Assembly: GCA_963663895.2 (NCBI GenBank)
Contig: CAXXRD010000001.1
Span: 512,001 to 576,000 of the forward strand
Direction of reading: 5' to 3'
Source of the DNA: Dehalococcoidia bacterium
GTDB lineage: Bacteria > Chloroflexota > Dehalococcoidia > Bin125
Length of the DNA stretch: 64,000 nt
Positions 1 through 10,035 of the stretch are shown one piece after another. Every line of letters begins with the position of its first letter. Within the stretch, counting starts at the first letter, position 1. The position numbers were made by a program, and so were the translations under genes. The notes under the pieces were generated by a model, which worked only from the letters and a program-made list of their open reading frames with translations, was not told where the DNA came from and made no database searches.

Positions 1-484
1 CGAAGGTGGTGAACAGGAGCGGTTTCCACCAGATGAAGATCACAGCCGCCACCAAGGCCATGACACCGGCGATCACATAGAGATCGTCAGCCGTGATGCC
101 CAGGATCTCCCCGAAAAGGGCCGCCTCGAAGTCACGCGTGAAGGTGGATCGCCGGCTGATAAGCGCCACTCCCACGGCGAAAGCGGCGGTCGTGATGATG
201 CCGATCGCGGCGTCGCCGCCGATGCGGCGGTGACGGCCCGCCGCGTTAATCAGAAAGGCGGCGAAGGCTCCCCACAACGTCGCGCCGATGTAAAAGCTGA
301 ATCCTGAGACGAAGGAGACAACCGCACCCCCGAAGATCGCATGCGCCAGACCGTGGCCGATATAAGCGAGGTGCCGGAGGACGATGTAGACGCCGATGAG
401 GCCGGTCAGCAGCCCAACCAGCCCGGCCGCGATCATGGCGCGGACCATGAACTCGAAGCGAAAGGGGTCGGCTAACGCATCCAC
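1..484 (-). CDS. Zn/Mn ABC transporter permease (ZnuB-like), runs off window edge
   Basis: Manual translation from GTG at 484: MDALADPFRFEFMVRAMIAAGLVGLLTGLIGVYIVLRHLAYIGHGLAHAIFGG, typical ABC-3 permease; overlaps the ATPase gene. Confidence 0.88.
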   Translation of the reverse strand, partial: MDALADPFRFEFMVRAMIAAGLVGLLTGLIGVYIVLRHLAYIGHGLAHAIFGGAVVSFVSGFSFYIGATLWGAFAAFLINAAGRHRRIGGDAAIGIITTAAFAVGVALISRRSTFTRDFEAALFGEILGITADDLYVIAGVMALVAAVIFIWWKPLLFTTF

Positions 485-1383
485 GCGGATCCGGCGGCTT
501 CGGCCGCCCTCGCATCGGCGGGTCTCGGTTGGGACTCCTGGGAATCGCTTTCCGCATGCTCAAGCACGTAGAGAGCGTCACCGCGCCGGACCACGAGCAT
601 CTCCGCGCCGTAGGTCCGGCGCAGAATATCCGGCCGGATCACAGCGGCGGGTGTACCATCGGCGATGACGGTACGCTCGGCCACACAGACAAGCCGCGGC
701 AAGTGCGTCGCGACGCCGTTGAGCTCGTGCGTGGTCAGGACGATGCCAACTCCGCCGCGATTGAGCTCGCCCAAGAGATGCATGATGTCGTGCCGGGTCT
801 TGATATCGACGCCACTGGTCGGCTCATCAAGCAACAGCAAATCCGGGTCGCCTATCAGGGCGCGGGCCAGGAACGTCCGGTGCTGCTCGCCGCCGGAGAG
901 TGCCCGAATGTGACGACCGGCCAAGTGGTCGATGCCCAGTCGTTCCAACACTTGCCGGACGAGGACGCGGTCGTTGGGACGCGGCCACGGGAACCGTCCC
1001 GACTCGCGCCAGCGGCCGAGCAACACCACCTGCTCGACCGTGATCGGAAAGTTCCAGTCGCTGGTGTGAACCTGGGGCACGTAGCCGAATCGCAGCGTGG
1101 CGCCGTCAGACCGCGGATGGTGGATGATCTCGCCGCTGAAGCGATCAGCTTGTCCCATGATCGCGCGCAGCAGCGTCGTCTTGCCGGAGCCGCTGGGGCC
1201 CACCACGCCCAAGAACTCGCCACGCTGCAGTGCAAGGGAAACCTCTTCCAGCGCCACGACCCCTTCGTACCCAACGGTCAGCCCGCGGAGCGTCACCAGC
1301 GGCCCGCCCGCCTGAGAAGCGGGTGGAGGCCCGTGCTCTACGGGCCGCATGGCCGCCGCCGCTCCACCGTCTGGGTTAACCAT
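472..1383 (-). CDS. Zn/Mn ABC transporter ATP-binding protein (ZnuC-like)
   Basis: Walker A GPSGSGKT, GYVPQ, LSGGE, LLLLDEP. Confidence 0.92.
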   Translation of the reverse strand: MVNPDGGAAAAMRPVEHGPPPASQAGGPLVTLRGLTVGYEGVVALEEVSLALQRGEFLGVVGPSGSGKTTLLRAIMGQADRFSGEIIHHPRSDGATLRFGYVPQVHTSDWNFPITVEQVVLLGRWRESGRFPWPRPNDRVLVRQVLERLGIDHLAGRHIRALSGGEQHRTFLARALIGDPDLLLLDEPTSGVDIKTRHDIMHLLGELNRGGVGIVLTTHELNGVATHLPRLVCVAERTVIADGTPAAVIRPDILRRTYGAEMLVVRRGDALYVLEHAESDSQESQPRPADARAAEAAGSAWMR

Positions 1384-2419
1384 CGAACCGCTCGAAGGGG
1401 ATCCAGGTGTTGCTCACGTCCACACCATCAAGTACGCCGCTGTCACCGCCAAGGCTTTGAGCGATGGCACGGACGTTCTCCACCATCATCGCGAAATACG
1501 TATTGGTGGGATCACCCGGCTCCCCAGGCAGATCGTCATCACGCAGCGCCGACACCTGGACGGCCCCAGCCTCTTCCGCGATACGGTCCAGCACGGAGCT
1601 GGGGAAAACTTCGGAGCCAAAGATGGCCGGGAGATTCACTTCCCGAATCTGGGCGATGAGTGCAGCGACCTCCTGCGGCGCCGGCTCTGAAAAGTCGGAG
1701 GGCTCGATCGCTCCGATGATCTCAAGGCCGTAGCGCGGTCCGAAGTAGGGAAAGGAGTCGTGGTAGGTCAGCAACTTGCGGTTGGCCGGCGGGATCGTGC
1801 CGAGCGCCTCCGCGAAGAGACGGTCCAACGCCGAGATTCGCGTGCGGAACGCATCAAGATTCATGCTGTAGTAGCCCGCAGCTTCTGGATCCTTCTTCAC
1901 GAGGGAATCACGGACGACTTCAGCATAGGCGACGGCGAGATGGGGATCGGTCCACGCATGGGGATTGGGATTACCGCCGGTTTCCGGAAACGAGAAGTCA
2001 AAAACGTACTGATCGACCGGGACCACCGTGTCGCCGAGCAGCACGATCTCCGCCTCCGTGTTCGCCCGCGCGAGCTCCAGCGTTGGGAGCTCGAGGTTGA
2101 GCCCGTTGATAACGACCAAATCGGCCTCGGCGAGCACGCGCGCCGCGGAGGGGGCCGGCTCGAACGTATGCGAATTGATGCCTTCGGGGACCAGGCCGAC
2201 CACATCAACGTGGTCGCCGCCGACGTTCTCGATGACGCTGCGAAGCGGTGAAACGGTGGTCACGACGAGCAGCCGATCGTCGCCGCCGTCACCACCGCCA
2301 CAGGCGGCAGTGGAGAGCGCGTAGAGCACCGACGCGCACACGCCAAGTTGCGCGAGCCGTCGAACCAGCCGGAGCACGACTGCTGCACCTCTCGTGACTC
2401 GATCCTGACGGTTGTCCAC
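1376..2419 (-). CDS. Zn/Mn ABC transporter substrate-binding lipoprotein (ZnuA/TroA family)
   Basis: Lipobox TAAC; NSHTFEP, NPHAWTDP and YHDSFPYF motifs. Confidence 0.92.
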   Translation of the reverse strand: MDNRQDRVTRGAAVVLRLVRRLAQLGVCASVLYALSTAACGGGDGGDDRLLVVTTVSPLRSVIENVGGDHVDVVGLVPEGINSHTFEPAPSAARVLAEADLVVINGLNLELPTLELARANTEAEIVLLGDTVVPVDQYVFDFSFPETGGNPNPHAWTDPHLAVAYAEVVRDSLVKKDPEAAGYYSMNLDAFRTRISALDRLFAEALGTIPPANRKLLTYHDSFPYFGPRYGLEIIGAIEPSDFSEPAPQEVAALIAQIREVNLPAIFGSEVFPSSVLDRIAEEAGAVQVSALRDDDLPGEPGDPTNTYFAMMVENVRAIAQSLGGDSGVLDGVDVSNTWIPFERFDG

Positions 2420-2431
2420 TCTCGTTCAATA

Positions 2432-2449
2432 GTTGCAAGTGTTTGCAAC
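2432..2449. promoter_or_regulatory. Palindrome GTTGCAA-N4-TTGCAAC, candidate metalloregulator operator
   Basis: Perfect 7-4-7 inverted repeat directly upstream of the metal ABC operon. Confidence 0.4.
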
Positions 2450-2535
2450 AGCAGTCAAGAACTATAGCACTCGTACGCAGTAAGTGTGGACGACCGGCTT
2501 GGTTTCCCCAGAAGCTCCTCCGCGCTCCAGCCGCT

Positions 2536-3093
2536 ATGCTCCTGTCAAGCTGGAGTGACGCCGTGGAAGCCAGATCCGCCCGGGCCGTCCGCTGGGGACG
2601 CGTGAGTACCGCGCAGGGCCCCGTTGCCGTGGGGTATGACGAGGCAGGCCGCGTTCTGCGCTCCGCTCCCGGAGAGCGGAGCGGTGACTTGATCGAAGCA
2701 TTGCAGCGTGACGGCGATGTCGCGCCGGTCCCCGACGAAGAGCCTCCGCCGACCGTCGTCGCGACAGCACGGCAAGCGCTGGCAGAAGGTCCCGACAAAC
2801 TGCTCGCGGAATCCGGGCTCACGGCATTCCAACAACGGGTACTGGAAGCTACGGCAAAGATCGCGCCGGGAGAGCGGCTCACCTACGGCGAACTCGCGCG
2901 GCGAATCGGATCGCCGGGAGCGGCCCGGGCCGTGGGGACGGCTCTAGCGCGCAATCCCTTCCCCGTGCTGATTCCCTGTCACCGCGTGGTGCGCGCGGAC
3001 GGGTCGATCGGAAACTATTCCTGCGGCGGCAGCCGGGTGAAGCAACGGCTCCTGAAGGAAGAGAGGTCCACGCTGCCGCGCGACCGCGTCTAG
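2536..3093 (+). CDS. ogt: Methylated-DNA--protein-cysteine methyltransferase
   Basis: TYGELA, ARAVGTALARNP and IPCHRVV active site; start uncertain. Confidence 0.88.
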   Translation: MLLSSWSDAVEARSARAVRWGRVSTAQGPVAVGYDEAGRVLRSAPGERSGDLIEALQRDGDVAPVPDEEPPPTVVATARQALAEGPDKLLAESGLTAFQQRVLEATAKIAPGERLTYGELARRIGSPGAARAVGTALARNPFPVLIPCHRVVRADGSIGNYSCGGSRVKQRLLKEERSTLPRDRV

Positions 3094-4025
3094 CGGAAGC
3101 GCGGCAAGACCTTCTCAGCGAAGAGTGCCGCCGGCTCCCGGGTGTCGCGGCCGAAGAACTCGATCATGAACATCGAGCAGCCTAGATCGAGGTGCTCTTG
3201 GATCCGCCTTGACACTTGGTCGGCCGTGCCGGTGAGCGCGATCGACCCCGCCGGGTCCCCCATATGGCCCCCGTAGATCTTCTGTGCCTTCTCGACCATC
3301 GGCGCCAACGCCAACTCGTCCGGAGCGATCGTCACGAGGCATTGCTGAGACACCGCGATCTCGCCAAAGTCACGGCCGACATCGGCGCAGTGCGCCTTCA
3401 GCACGCCGATCTTCCTCTCCAACAGCGATTGCCGGCGCGCGGAATTGTTCCAGATATCCGCGAGTTCGGCAGCGATCCGCAGCGTGACCTTCTCGCCCGT
3501 CCCCCCGACCAAGATCGGCGGCCGCCGGGCAGGCTTGGGCGCGCAATGCAGATCGGCGCTCTGAATGAACTCGCCCTCAAAAGTCACCGATTCCTCGCTC
3601 CACAGGCCTTGAAGAAACTCGACCGATTCGCGGAGATGGCGCAGGCGCGCAGCGATCGGTGGAAACGGCATGCCGAAATCGGTGAACTCGCGCTCCATCC
3701 ACCCGGCTCCGAGCCCTGGAATCACGCGCCCGCCGCTGATGCTATCCACGGTGGCGATCGTTTTCCCCAGGTGCGCCGGGTTGCGCATGGCGGTCGGAGT
3801 AACCAGCGTGCCCAGCTCCGCGCGCGTGGTAACGGCTGCGAGTCCGGCGAGCAGGGACCAGGCTTCGAGCACTGGCGTCTGCGGCGAGGTGGCACCATAG
3901 AGATGGTCGTTAACCCAAAGCGAGTCGTACCCCATCGCCTCGAACCCCGTCGCCGCGCGGCAGCTCTCCTCCCAAGTGCGCTTGAACTGGGGGACCATCA
4001 CGCCGAAGTGGGGCTGAGGCGGCAT
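3090..4025 (-). CDS. LLM-class (luciferase-like, possibly F420-dependent) oxidoreductase
   Basis: GYDSLWVNDHL, GLGAGW and PPILVGG motifs. Confidence 0.9.
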   Translation of the reverse strand: MPPQPHFGVMVPQFKRTWEESCRAATGFEAMGYDSLWVNDHLYGATSPQTPVLEAWSLLAGLAAVTTRAELGTLVTPTAMRNPAHLGKTIATVDSISGGRVIPGLGAGWMEREFTDFGMPFPPIAARLRHLRESVEFLQGLWSEESVTFEGEFIQSADLHCAPKPARRPPILVGGTGEKVTLRIAAELADIWNNSARRQSLLERKIGVLKAHCADVGRDFGEIAVSQQCLVTIAPDELALAPMVEKAQKIYGGHMGDPAGSIALTGTADQVSRRIQEHLDLGCSMFMIEFFGRDTREPAALFAEKVLPRFR

Positions 4026-4292
4026 CGCGTTCCTCCAGAGCGGCCCGGCGGGCCGTCGCGGCACCATTCTAGGTGCAGCGTCTCCACCGTCGTCAGCGCA
4101 CGCGAATCGTGGTGCAGCCACCGCTGAAGCGCAGCACGTCGATCGCGGGCCCGACTCACTGCGAGCAGGTGCGCACTTCCGCTAGACCTGCGGAGATCCC
4201 GCACAACCAGGGAGCAGGCGAAAGCCCGTCCCACGAGCAGCCTGCCCTTGCCTAGAATGCGCACATCACCCGTGCGGAATGAGGAGCGACTC

Positions 4293-5576
4293 GTGTCCAC
4301 AGCGTTCGTTGGAGCTCACCTGATCATCGGAGACGGCCGCGACTTCGATCGCGGCAGCGTCAAGATCGAAAACGGGCGGATCGCCGAGGTGCGGACGGAC
4401 GGCCAGAGTATCTCGGCAGATGTGACGGTAGACCTCGCTGGGCGAGCGCTCCTCCCAGGATTCATGGATCTGCACGACCACATGGTCGGCGGGGACAACC
4501 AGATCGCCCACGGCGACGAGTGGATCAGCTTCCGCATGAGCGACCCGCTCCAGGTCGCCGCGCTGGAAACGGTCGCCGCGGCGCGCAGAACGCTGCAGGC
4601 CGGCATCACATCCGCGCGGGAGATCGGGGCACGCGACTACATTGATGTGGCGTTGAAAAAGGCACAGGCACGTGGCGAGATCGAGGCGCCGCGCATGATC
4701 GCCGCCGGCCCCGGCGTATGGATGACGGGCGGACATGGATCGTTCTGGCGGCCCGGCGTGGGAGCCGACGGCGTGGACGCGATCATCCATCGCGTGCGGG
4801 AAATGGTCGCCAACGGATGCGACGTCATCAAGACCGTCAGCTCGGACGGTCCGGAGACCTGCGGAAATTGGGACAGCCCCCAGTACACGCGCGCAGAAGT
4901 CGCCACCGCGTTCGCCGAGGCGAAGCGGCTGGGCCGCCAGCCTGCCGCGCACGCGATGGGGAACGACGGAATCAACAACGTCGTCCTCTCGGGCGTCGAG
5001 ACGGTCGAGCATGGCTGGTACCTCAGCGAGGAGAACTGCCACAACATGGTCATGAAGGGGACGTATCTGATCCCCACCCTCGGCAACGTGATCGACATCC
5101 TGCGCAAGGGTCCCGGCCTCGGGATGAGCTGGGCGGAGATGATGGCGGAGGACGAGGAGGCAATCTTCGCACGGCACCGGATGGCCGTTGAGCTCGGAGT
5201 CAACATCGCCATGGGCTCCGACTGCGGCGGCAACGAGGCCCGCCTCCACGGCGATAATCTGCTGGAGTTGGAATGTCACGTACGAGCGGGAATGACGCCG
5301 ATGCAGGCGATCGTCAGCGGTACCCTGGAGCCCGCCAAAGCGACGAACGTCGCGGAGGAGATCGGAACGATCGAGACGGGCAAGCTGGCCGATCTGGTCG
5401 TTATCGATGGCGATCCGACCAGCGACATCACCCTGACGCGGACGGCCCTGGTCGGCGTGGTGCAAGGCGGCGCGGTCAAGCGGGACGACCTAGGCCTGCT
5501 CAGCGGCCTCGCGATCGACCCCGGATCCCGCTCCAACGAAGTCATCTTGCTACGCAAGCAAGGGAAGCTCAGCTGA
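4293..5576 (+). CDS. Metal-dependent amidohydrolase (prolidase-like), paralog 1
   Basis: LLPGFMDLHDH, TGGHG, AAHAMG, VEHG, MGSD, GKLADLV; GAGGAG before GTG. Confidence 0.9.
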   Translation: MSTAFVGAHLIIGDGRDFDRGSVKIENGRIAEVRTDGQSISADVTVDLAGRALLPGFMDLHDHMVGGDNQIAHGDEWISFRMSDPLQVAALETVAAARRTLQAGITSAREIGARDYIDVALKKAQARGEIEAPRMIAAGPGVWMTGGHGSFWRPGVGADGVDAIIHRVREMVANGCDVIKTVSSDGPETCGNWDSPQYTRAEVATAFAEAKRLGRQPAAHAMGNDGINNVVLSGVETVEHGWYLSEENCHNMVMKGTYLIPTLGNVIDILRKGPGLGMSWAEMMAEDEEAIFARHRMAVELGVNIAMGSDCGGNEARLHGDNLLELECHVRAGMTPMQAIVSGTLEPAKATNVAEEIGTIETGKLADLVVIDGDPTSDITLTRTALVGVVQGGAVKRDDLGLLSGLAIDPGSRSNEVILLRKQGKLS

Positions 5577-5595
5577 GCAGACAAGGAGAGCACCG

Positions 5596-6879
5596 ATGGC
5601 CACCAGCCTGATCAACGCCCACCTAATCACCGGTGACGGCCGGGATTTCGCGGCCGGCAGCGTCAAGATCGATCAGGGGCGAATCACGGAAGTGCGCAAC
5701 GCGGGCGAGCCCGGCGGCGCAGATAAAGTCGTGGACCTCGGCGGCCGGGCGCTCCTCCCCGGTTTCATCGACCTGCACGACCATATCGTGGGCGGGGACT
5801 GCGCGCGCGGCTACGGCGATGAAGGCAAGAGCTTCCGCATGGAGGAGCCGATCATCAACGCCGTGCTGGAAACGATCCGGGCGGCGCGGACCAACCTGCT
5901 CACGGGCGTCACCTCCGCGCGCGACACGGCCGCCCGCGACTACATTGATGTGGATCTGAAGCGCGCCCAAGCCCAAGGCATGGCGGAGGGGCCGCGCATG
6001 CTGGCCTCCGGTCCCGGCGTTTGGATGACGGGCGGCCACGGGTCGTTTCTCGAGCCGGGGCATGAGGCGGACGGCGTCAACGCGATCACGCGGCGGGTCC
6101 GCGAGTTGGTCGCGCGAAAAGTCGACGTGATCAAAACGATCAGCTCCGACGGCCCCGAGACGTGCGGCGACTGGGACAGTCCGCAGTACACCCGTGAAGA
6201 GGTGACGGCCGCGTTCACGGAGGCGCGGCGCTTGGGCCGCCGCCGCGCCGCCCACGCCATGGGACACGAGGGGGTCAACAACGTCGTGTTGGGCGGCGTC
6301 GAGACGGTCGAGCACGGCTGGTATATCTCCGAGGAGAACTGCAGCAACATGATCGAGCACGGGACGTACCTCATCCCGACGCTCGGAAACGTCCTCGACA
6401 TCATTCACAAGGGGCCCGCCCTGGGAATGCCGTGGGCGGAGATGATGGCGGAGGACGAGGAGGCGATCTTCGAGCGCCATCGCATGGCCGTCGAGATGGG
6501 AGTCAAGATCGCCATGGGCTCCGACTGCGGCGGCAACGAGGCCCGCCTCCACGGCGACAGCCTCCTGGAGCTTGAGTGCTACGTGCGCTGCGGTATGACG
6601 CCCATGCAGGCGCTCGTGAGCGCTACCGGCGAAGCAGCCAACGCGGTCCACATTGAGGATGAGGTCGGGACGATCGAGGTGGGGAAGCTGGCGGACTTCG
6701 TAATTATCGAGGGCGACCCGACGGCCGACATCTCGCTCACCCGAACGGGAATCGTGGGCGTGATCCAGGGAGGCGACGTCAAGCGCGACGACCTGGGGAT
6801 ACTGGGCGATCTGCGGCTGGACCCTGGCGCGCGCTCCAACGAGGTGGTCCTGCTGGGCAAGCTCGGGAAGCTGGGCTAG
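5596..6879 (+). CDS. Metal-dependent amidohydrolase, paralog 2
   Basis: Same motifs and same length as the upstream paralog. Confidence 0.9.
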   Translation: MATSLINAHLITGDGRDFAAGSVKIDQGRITEVRNAGEPGGADKVVDLGGRALLPGFIDLHDHIVGGDCARGYGDEGKSFRMEEPIINAVLETIRAARTNLLTGVTSARDTAARDYIDVDLKRAQAQGMAEGPRMLASGPGVWMTGGHGSFLEPGHEADGVNAITRRVRELVARKVDVIKTISSDGPETCGDWDSPQYTREEVTAAFTEARRLGRRRAAHAMGHEGVNNVVLGGVETVEHGWYISEENCSNMIEHGTYLIPTLGNVLDIIHKGPALGMPWAEMMAEDEEAIFERHRMAVEMGVKIAMGSDCGGNEARLHGDSLLELECYVRCGMTPMQALVSATGEAANAVHIEDEVGTIEVGKLADFVIIEGDPTADISLTRTGIVGVIQGGDVKRDDLGILGDLRLDPGARSNEVVLLGKLGKLG

Positions 6880-7880
6880 AGCTCGAGGCGAGTGCCAATC
6901 CCGCGCTCCCGCGCCCGCTGATAGGCGAGGTCAAAGACGACGACGTCGATCGCCGAGAGGCCGGTCGAGTCCATGAGCGTCACCTCATCGTCGTGCTCGC
7001 GGCCGGGCTTGTCCCCGTTGACGACCTCGCCCAACTCCGCGTGCACGTCGGCGTCCGTCATGCTGCCGTCCGCGAAGGTGTGCTGAATCTCTCCGCCGAT
7101 CTTGCACTGCTCCAGGCTGTCGACGACGACTTTGGCGCTGCGCACGACGGCGGGCGCGACCTCTTGTTTGCCGGACGCATCGGAACCGTAGGCGTTGATA
7201 TGCATCCCCGGACGAACGATCTCCGGGGTCACGCGCGGCTCCCGCGAGCGGCTGCTGGCATAGACGATGTCCGCTCCTTCGATGGCGGCGGCGGCCGTCT
7301 CAACCGCCTGGACATCCGCGCCGTGGCGCTCGCGCATCGCCAGCGCGAAGCGCTCGCGCATCGCCGCGGTCCGGCTCCAAACGCGAACGACGCCCGCACG
7401 GCCGTACTGCTCGACATGGGCGTTCAGCATGTGCCGCGCAAGGTTGCCGGTCCCGATCAAGGCCAGCCGCTCCGGGTTCGCGCGCGCCAGGTATTTCGAC
7501 GCGACGACGGACGAGGCGCCGGTGCGCATATTGGCCAAGTACTCCGCCTCCATGATCGCAACCGGCTCGCCGGTTTCCAGCTTGGTCAGCACGGCTACCG
7601 CAAACAGCCCCGAGATGCCGTGCTTCGCGGGGTTATCGCCGTAGCCGAAGCCCAGCGTGGAGCACAGCGTGGACACCGGATCCATCGTCGAGGCGCGGTA
7701 GTCGATGTCGCTGTTGGGGATCTTGGTGTGGAAGGCAACCATGGGCGAGAAGCTGGCGGGATTCTCGCCCGCCTTGCTCTTCACGAACAGCCCGTTGGCG
7801 CGCTCGGTCGCATCCAGCATCTCCCGCATGTGCAGGAGGGGCTCGATCTCGCGTCTGGAGAGGAAGAGGATCTCGGTCAT
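6876..7880 (-). CDS. Ornithine cyclodeaminase/mu-crystallin family protein
   Basis: RTGA, IGTGNLA, GMHINAYGSD, DSTGLSAID motifs. Confidence 0.88.
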   Translation of the reverse strand: MTEILFLSRREIEPLLHMREMLDATERANGLFVKSKAGENPASFSPMVAFHTKIPNSDIDYRASTMDPVSTLCSTLGFGYGDNPAKHGISGLFAVAVLTKLETGEPVAIMEAEYLANMRTGASSVVASKYLARANPERLALIGTGNLARHMLNAHVEQYGRAGVVRVWSRTAAMRERFALAMRERHGADVQAVETAAAAIEGADIVYASSRSREPRVTPEIVRPGMHINAYGSDASGKQEVAPAVVRSAKVVVDSLEQCKIGGEIQHTFADGSMTDADVHAELGEVVNGDKPGREHDDEVTLMDSTGLSAIDVVVFDLAYQRARERGIGTRLEL

Positions 7881-8018
7881 GCGTCGCCCCACCTTGCGCC
7901 CTGCACCGGCGCACTGCCAGGCTAAGCCGTCAAGCCCGCCTGTCAAGCAGGCTCCCGCCGCCGTCAGGCCTGGCAAACTATGATCCGCTTGGCCGTGGCG
8001 AGCAGGAGGATGGATCGA

Positions 8019-8318
8019 ATGCCCGAGACGAGCACCCAGATTACTGTCACGAAAACCGCCAACGGCGAGTTTCAGGTCGACGTTCGCGACACCGAGGGCG
8101 AGACGCACCACGCCGTGCGGGCAGATGAAGCCACGATCGAGAAGTTCGGCCACGGGCAGCCGGCCGAAACCGTCGTCGAAACGTCGTTCCGCTTCCTCTT
8201 GGAGCGCGAGCCGAAGGTCTCGATCCTCGGGAACTTCGAACTCTCGATCATCGGCAGGTTCTTCCCCGAATACGAAGCCGAGATGGAGCGCCGCCTGGGC
8301 GGCGAGCCCACCGGCTGA
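8019..8318 (+). CDS. Small conserved hypothetical protein
   Basis: AGGAGG RBS; SFRFLLEREP..SIL..F.L..I.RFFPEYE motif. Confidence 0.7.
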   Translation: MPETSTQITVTKTANGEFQVDVRDTEGETHHAVRADEATIEKFGHGQPAETVVETSFRFLLEREPKVSILGNFELSIIGRFFPEYEAEMERRLGGEPTG

Positions 8319-8321
8319 TCC

Positions 8322-9962
8322 TCAGCCGAGGGGCAGACCCAACTGGGTAAGCGCGATATCGCGCAGCTTGAACTTCTGCACCTTGCCGCTCGAGGTCATC
8401 GGGTACTCGTCCAGAAAGAGGACGTGACGCGGGATCTTGAAGGTCGCGACCTTGCCCTTGCAGTGGGCAATCAGCTCGGCGGCGTCGAGCTGAGCGCCGG
8501 GCTTGAGGCGCACGCAGGCGCAGGCGACTTCAGCCAGCCGCTCGTCCGACACGCCCACAACCGCCACCTGGGCGACGGCTTCGTGAGTCAGCACGAGCGC
8601 CTCCACCTCCGCCGCATCCACGTTCTCGCCGCCCACCTTCAGCATGTCCTTGTAGCGGCCGAGGAAACGGATCGTGCCGTCCGCGCGCTCAATCCCGCGG
8701 TCGCCCGTGTGCATCCAGCCTTCGCCGTCGATCGCCTTGGCCGTTTCCTCGGGCTTCTTGTAGTACCCCTGCATCACGCCGTAGCCATGGACCAGGATCT
8801 CGCCCGGCGTCCCGTGCGGCTGCTCGGCGCCGGTGTCGGGATCGATCACGCGGAACGTGTAGCCCGGCATGGGCGCGCCGGACATCGTGCAGCGGTCGTC
8901 CTCGCTATCGAGGGGGAAGCTCTGCGCCGCGCAGTTGTGCAGCTCGGTCATGCCGTAGGCGCTGATCGTGTCGCACAAGAGCTGCTGAGCGCGGCGCGCC
9001 GTCGGCTCGGAGCTGGCGAGGCCAGCGCTGCAGATTCCGGAACGGATCGTCGATCGGTCGGTCTTCTCCAGATCGGGGTGGTTCATCAGCTCACGGAAGT
9101 GGGTATCGAAGCCATGAATCAACGCGATCCGTTCCGCTTCGATTAGGCGGAGCGCCTCCCCCGCCTCGAACCGTTCCATCAGCACCTGCCGCGCGCCGCT
9201 CACCACGGACATGTAGGGGCCCTCATACAGTCCGAAGGCGTGGAAGAGCGGCAGGTAGGTGAGGATGGCATCGGGCGGGCGAATCGCCTGACGGCTCGCC
9301 TGGTCCGTGACGTTGCGCAGAAGGTCATGGCAGTGCATGACGCCCTTGGGAAAGCCGGTCGTTCCGGAGGTGTAGAGCATGATCGTGGTCGCATCTGGAT
9401 CGACCGACTCTTGCCGGGCACGCCGGTCCGCTTCCGGCACCGCTTCCCCGCCCTCCACGACGTCCGTCCAGCGCAGCGTGCCGGGAGAGAGCGCCTCGTC
9501 CACGACGATGACGCGCCGCAACTCCGGAAAATCCTGCGACTGCAGGGCGGCGGGGGCGGCGATCGCATCCAACTCGGGGATCAGGACGCGCACCATCGAC
9601 AGGTAGTCGATCGGGCCGGACCGGCGCGCGGTGATCAACGTGGTGGCATCCGACTGCCGGACCACGTACTCCAAGTCGTTCGTGCGGAAGCGGGTGTTGA
9701 TCGGCACCAGCACCGCCCCGACCTTCGCCGCCGCGAAGAGGATGTGAATCCATTCAGGCCGGTTGTCGAGCCAGAGGGCAACCTTGTCGCCCGGCTGCAC
9801 CCCGGCTTGGATCAGTCCCCGAGCGGCGCGGTCGCAATCGTCGCGCAGCGCCGCGAAGCTCCAGCGCCGCCCTTCGAAGAAGAGCGCTTCCAGGTCGCCC
9901 CAGCGCTGCGCGGCGCGATCGACCGCATCGCCGACCGTTAGCTTGTCGATCCAGCGACTCAT
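8322..9962 (-). CDS. AMP-binding acyl-CoA synthetase
   Basis: YTSGTTGFPKG, YGMTE, HTGD, SGKVQK. Confidence 0.92.
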   Translation of the reverse strand: MSRWIDKLTVGDAVDRAAQRWGDLEALFFEGRRWSFAALRDDCDRAARGLIQAGVQPGDKVALWLDNRPEWIHILFAAAKVGAVLVPINTRFRTNDLEYVVRQSDATTLITARRSGPIDYLSMVRVLIPELDAIAAPAALQSQDFPELRRVIVVDEALSPGTLRWTDVVEGGEAVPEADRRARQESVDPDATTIMLYTSGTTGFPKGVMHCHDLLRNVTDQASRQAIRPPDAILTYLPLFHAFGLYEGPYMSVVSGARQVLMERFEAGEALRLIEAERIALIHGFDTHFRELMNHPDLEKTDRSTIRSGICSAGLASSEPTARRAQQLLCDTISAYGMTELHNCAAQSFPLDSEDDRCTMSGAPMPGYTFRVIDPDTGAEQPHGTPGEILVHGYGVMQGYYKKPEETAKAIDGEGWMHTGDRGIERADGTIRFLGRYKDMLKVGGENVDAAEVEALVLTHEAVAQVAVVGVSDERLAEVACACVRLKPGAQLDAAELIAHCKGKVATFKIPRHVLFLDEYPMTSSGKVQKFKLRDIALTQLGLPLG

Positions 9963-10035
9963 GATGCCTCCGTAGCAGCCCCCTCGCACGTGTCCGAACG
10001 TCCGAGCTGGCGGCCTATTCTATCGATCCGCTGCG

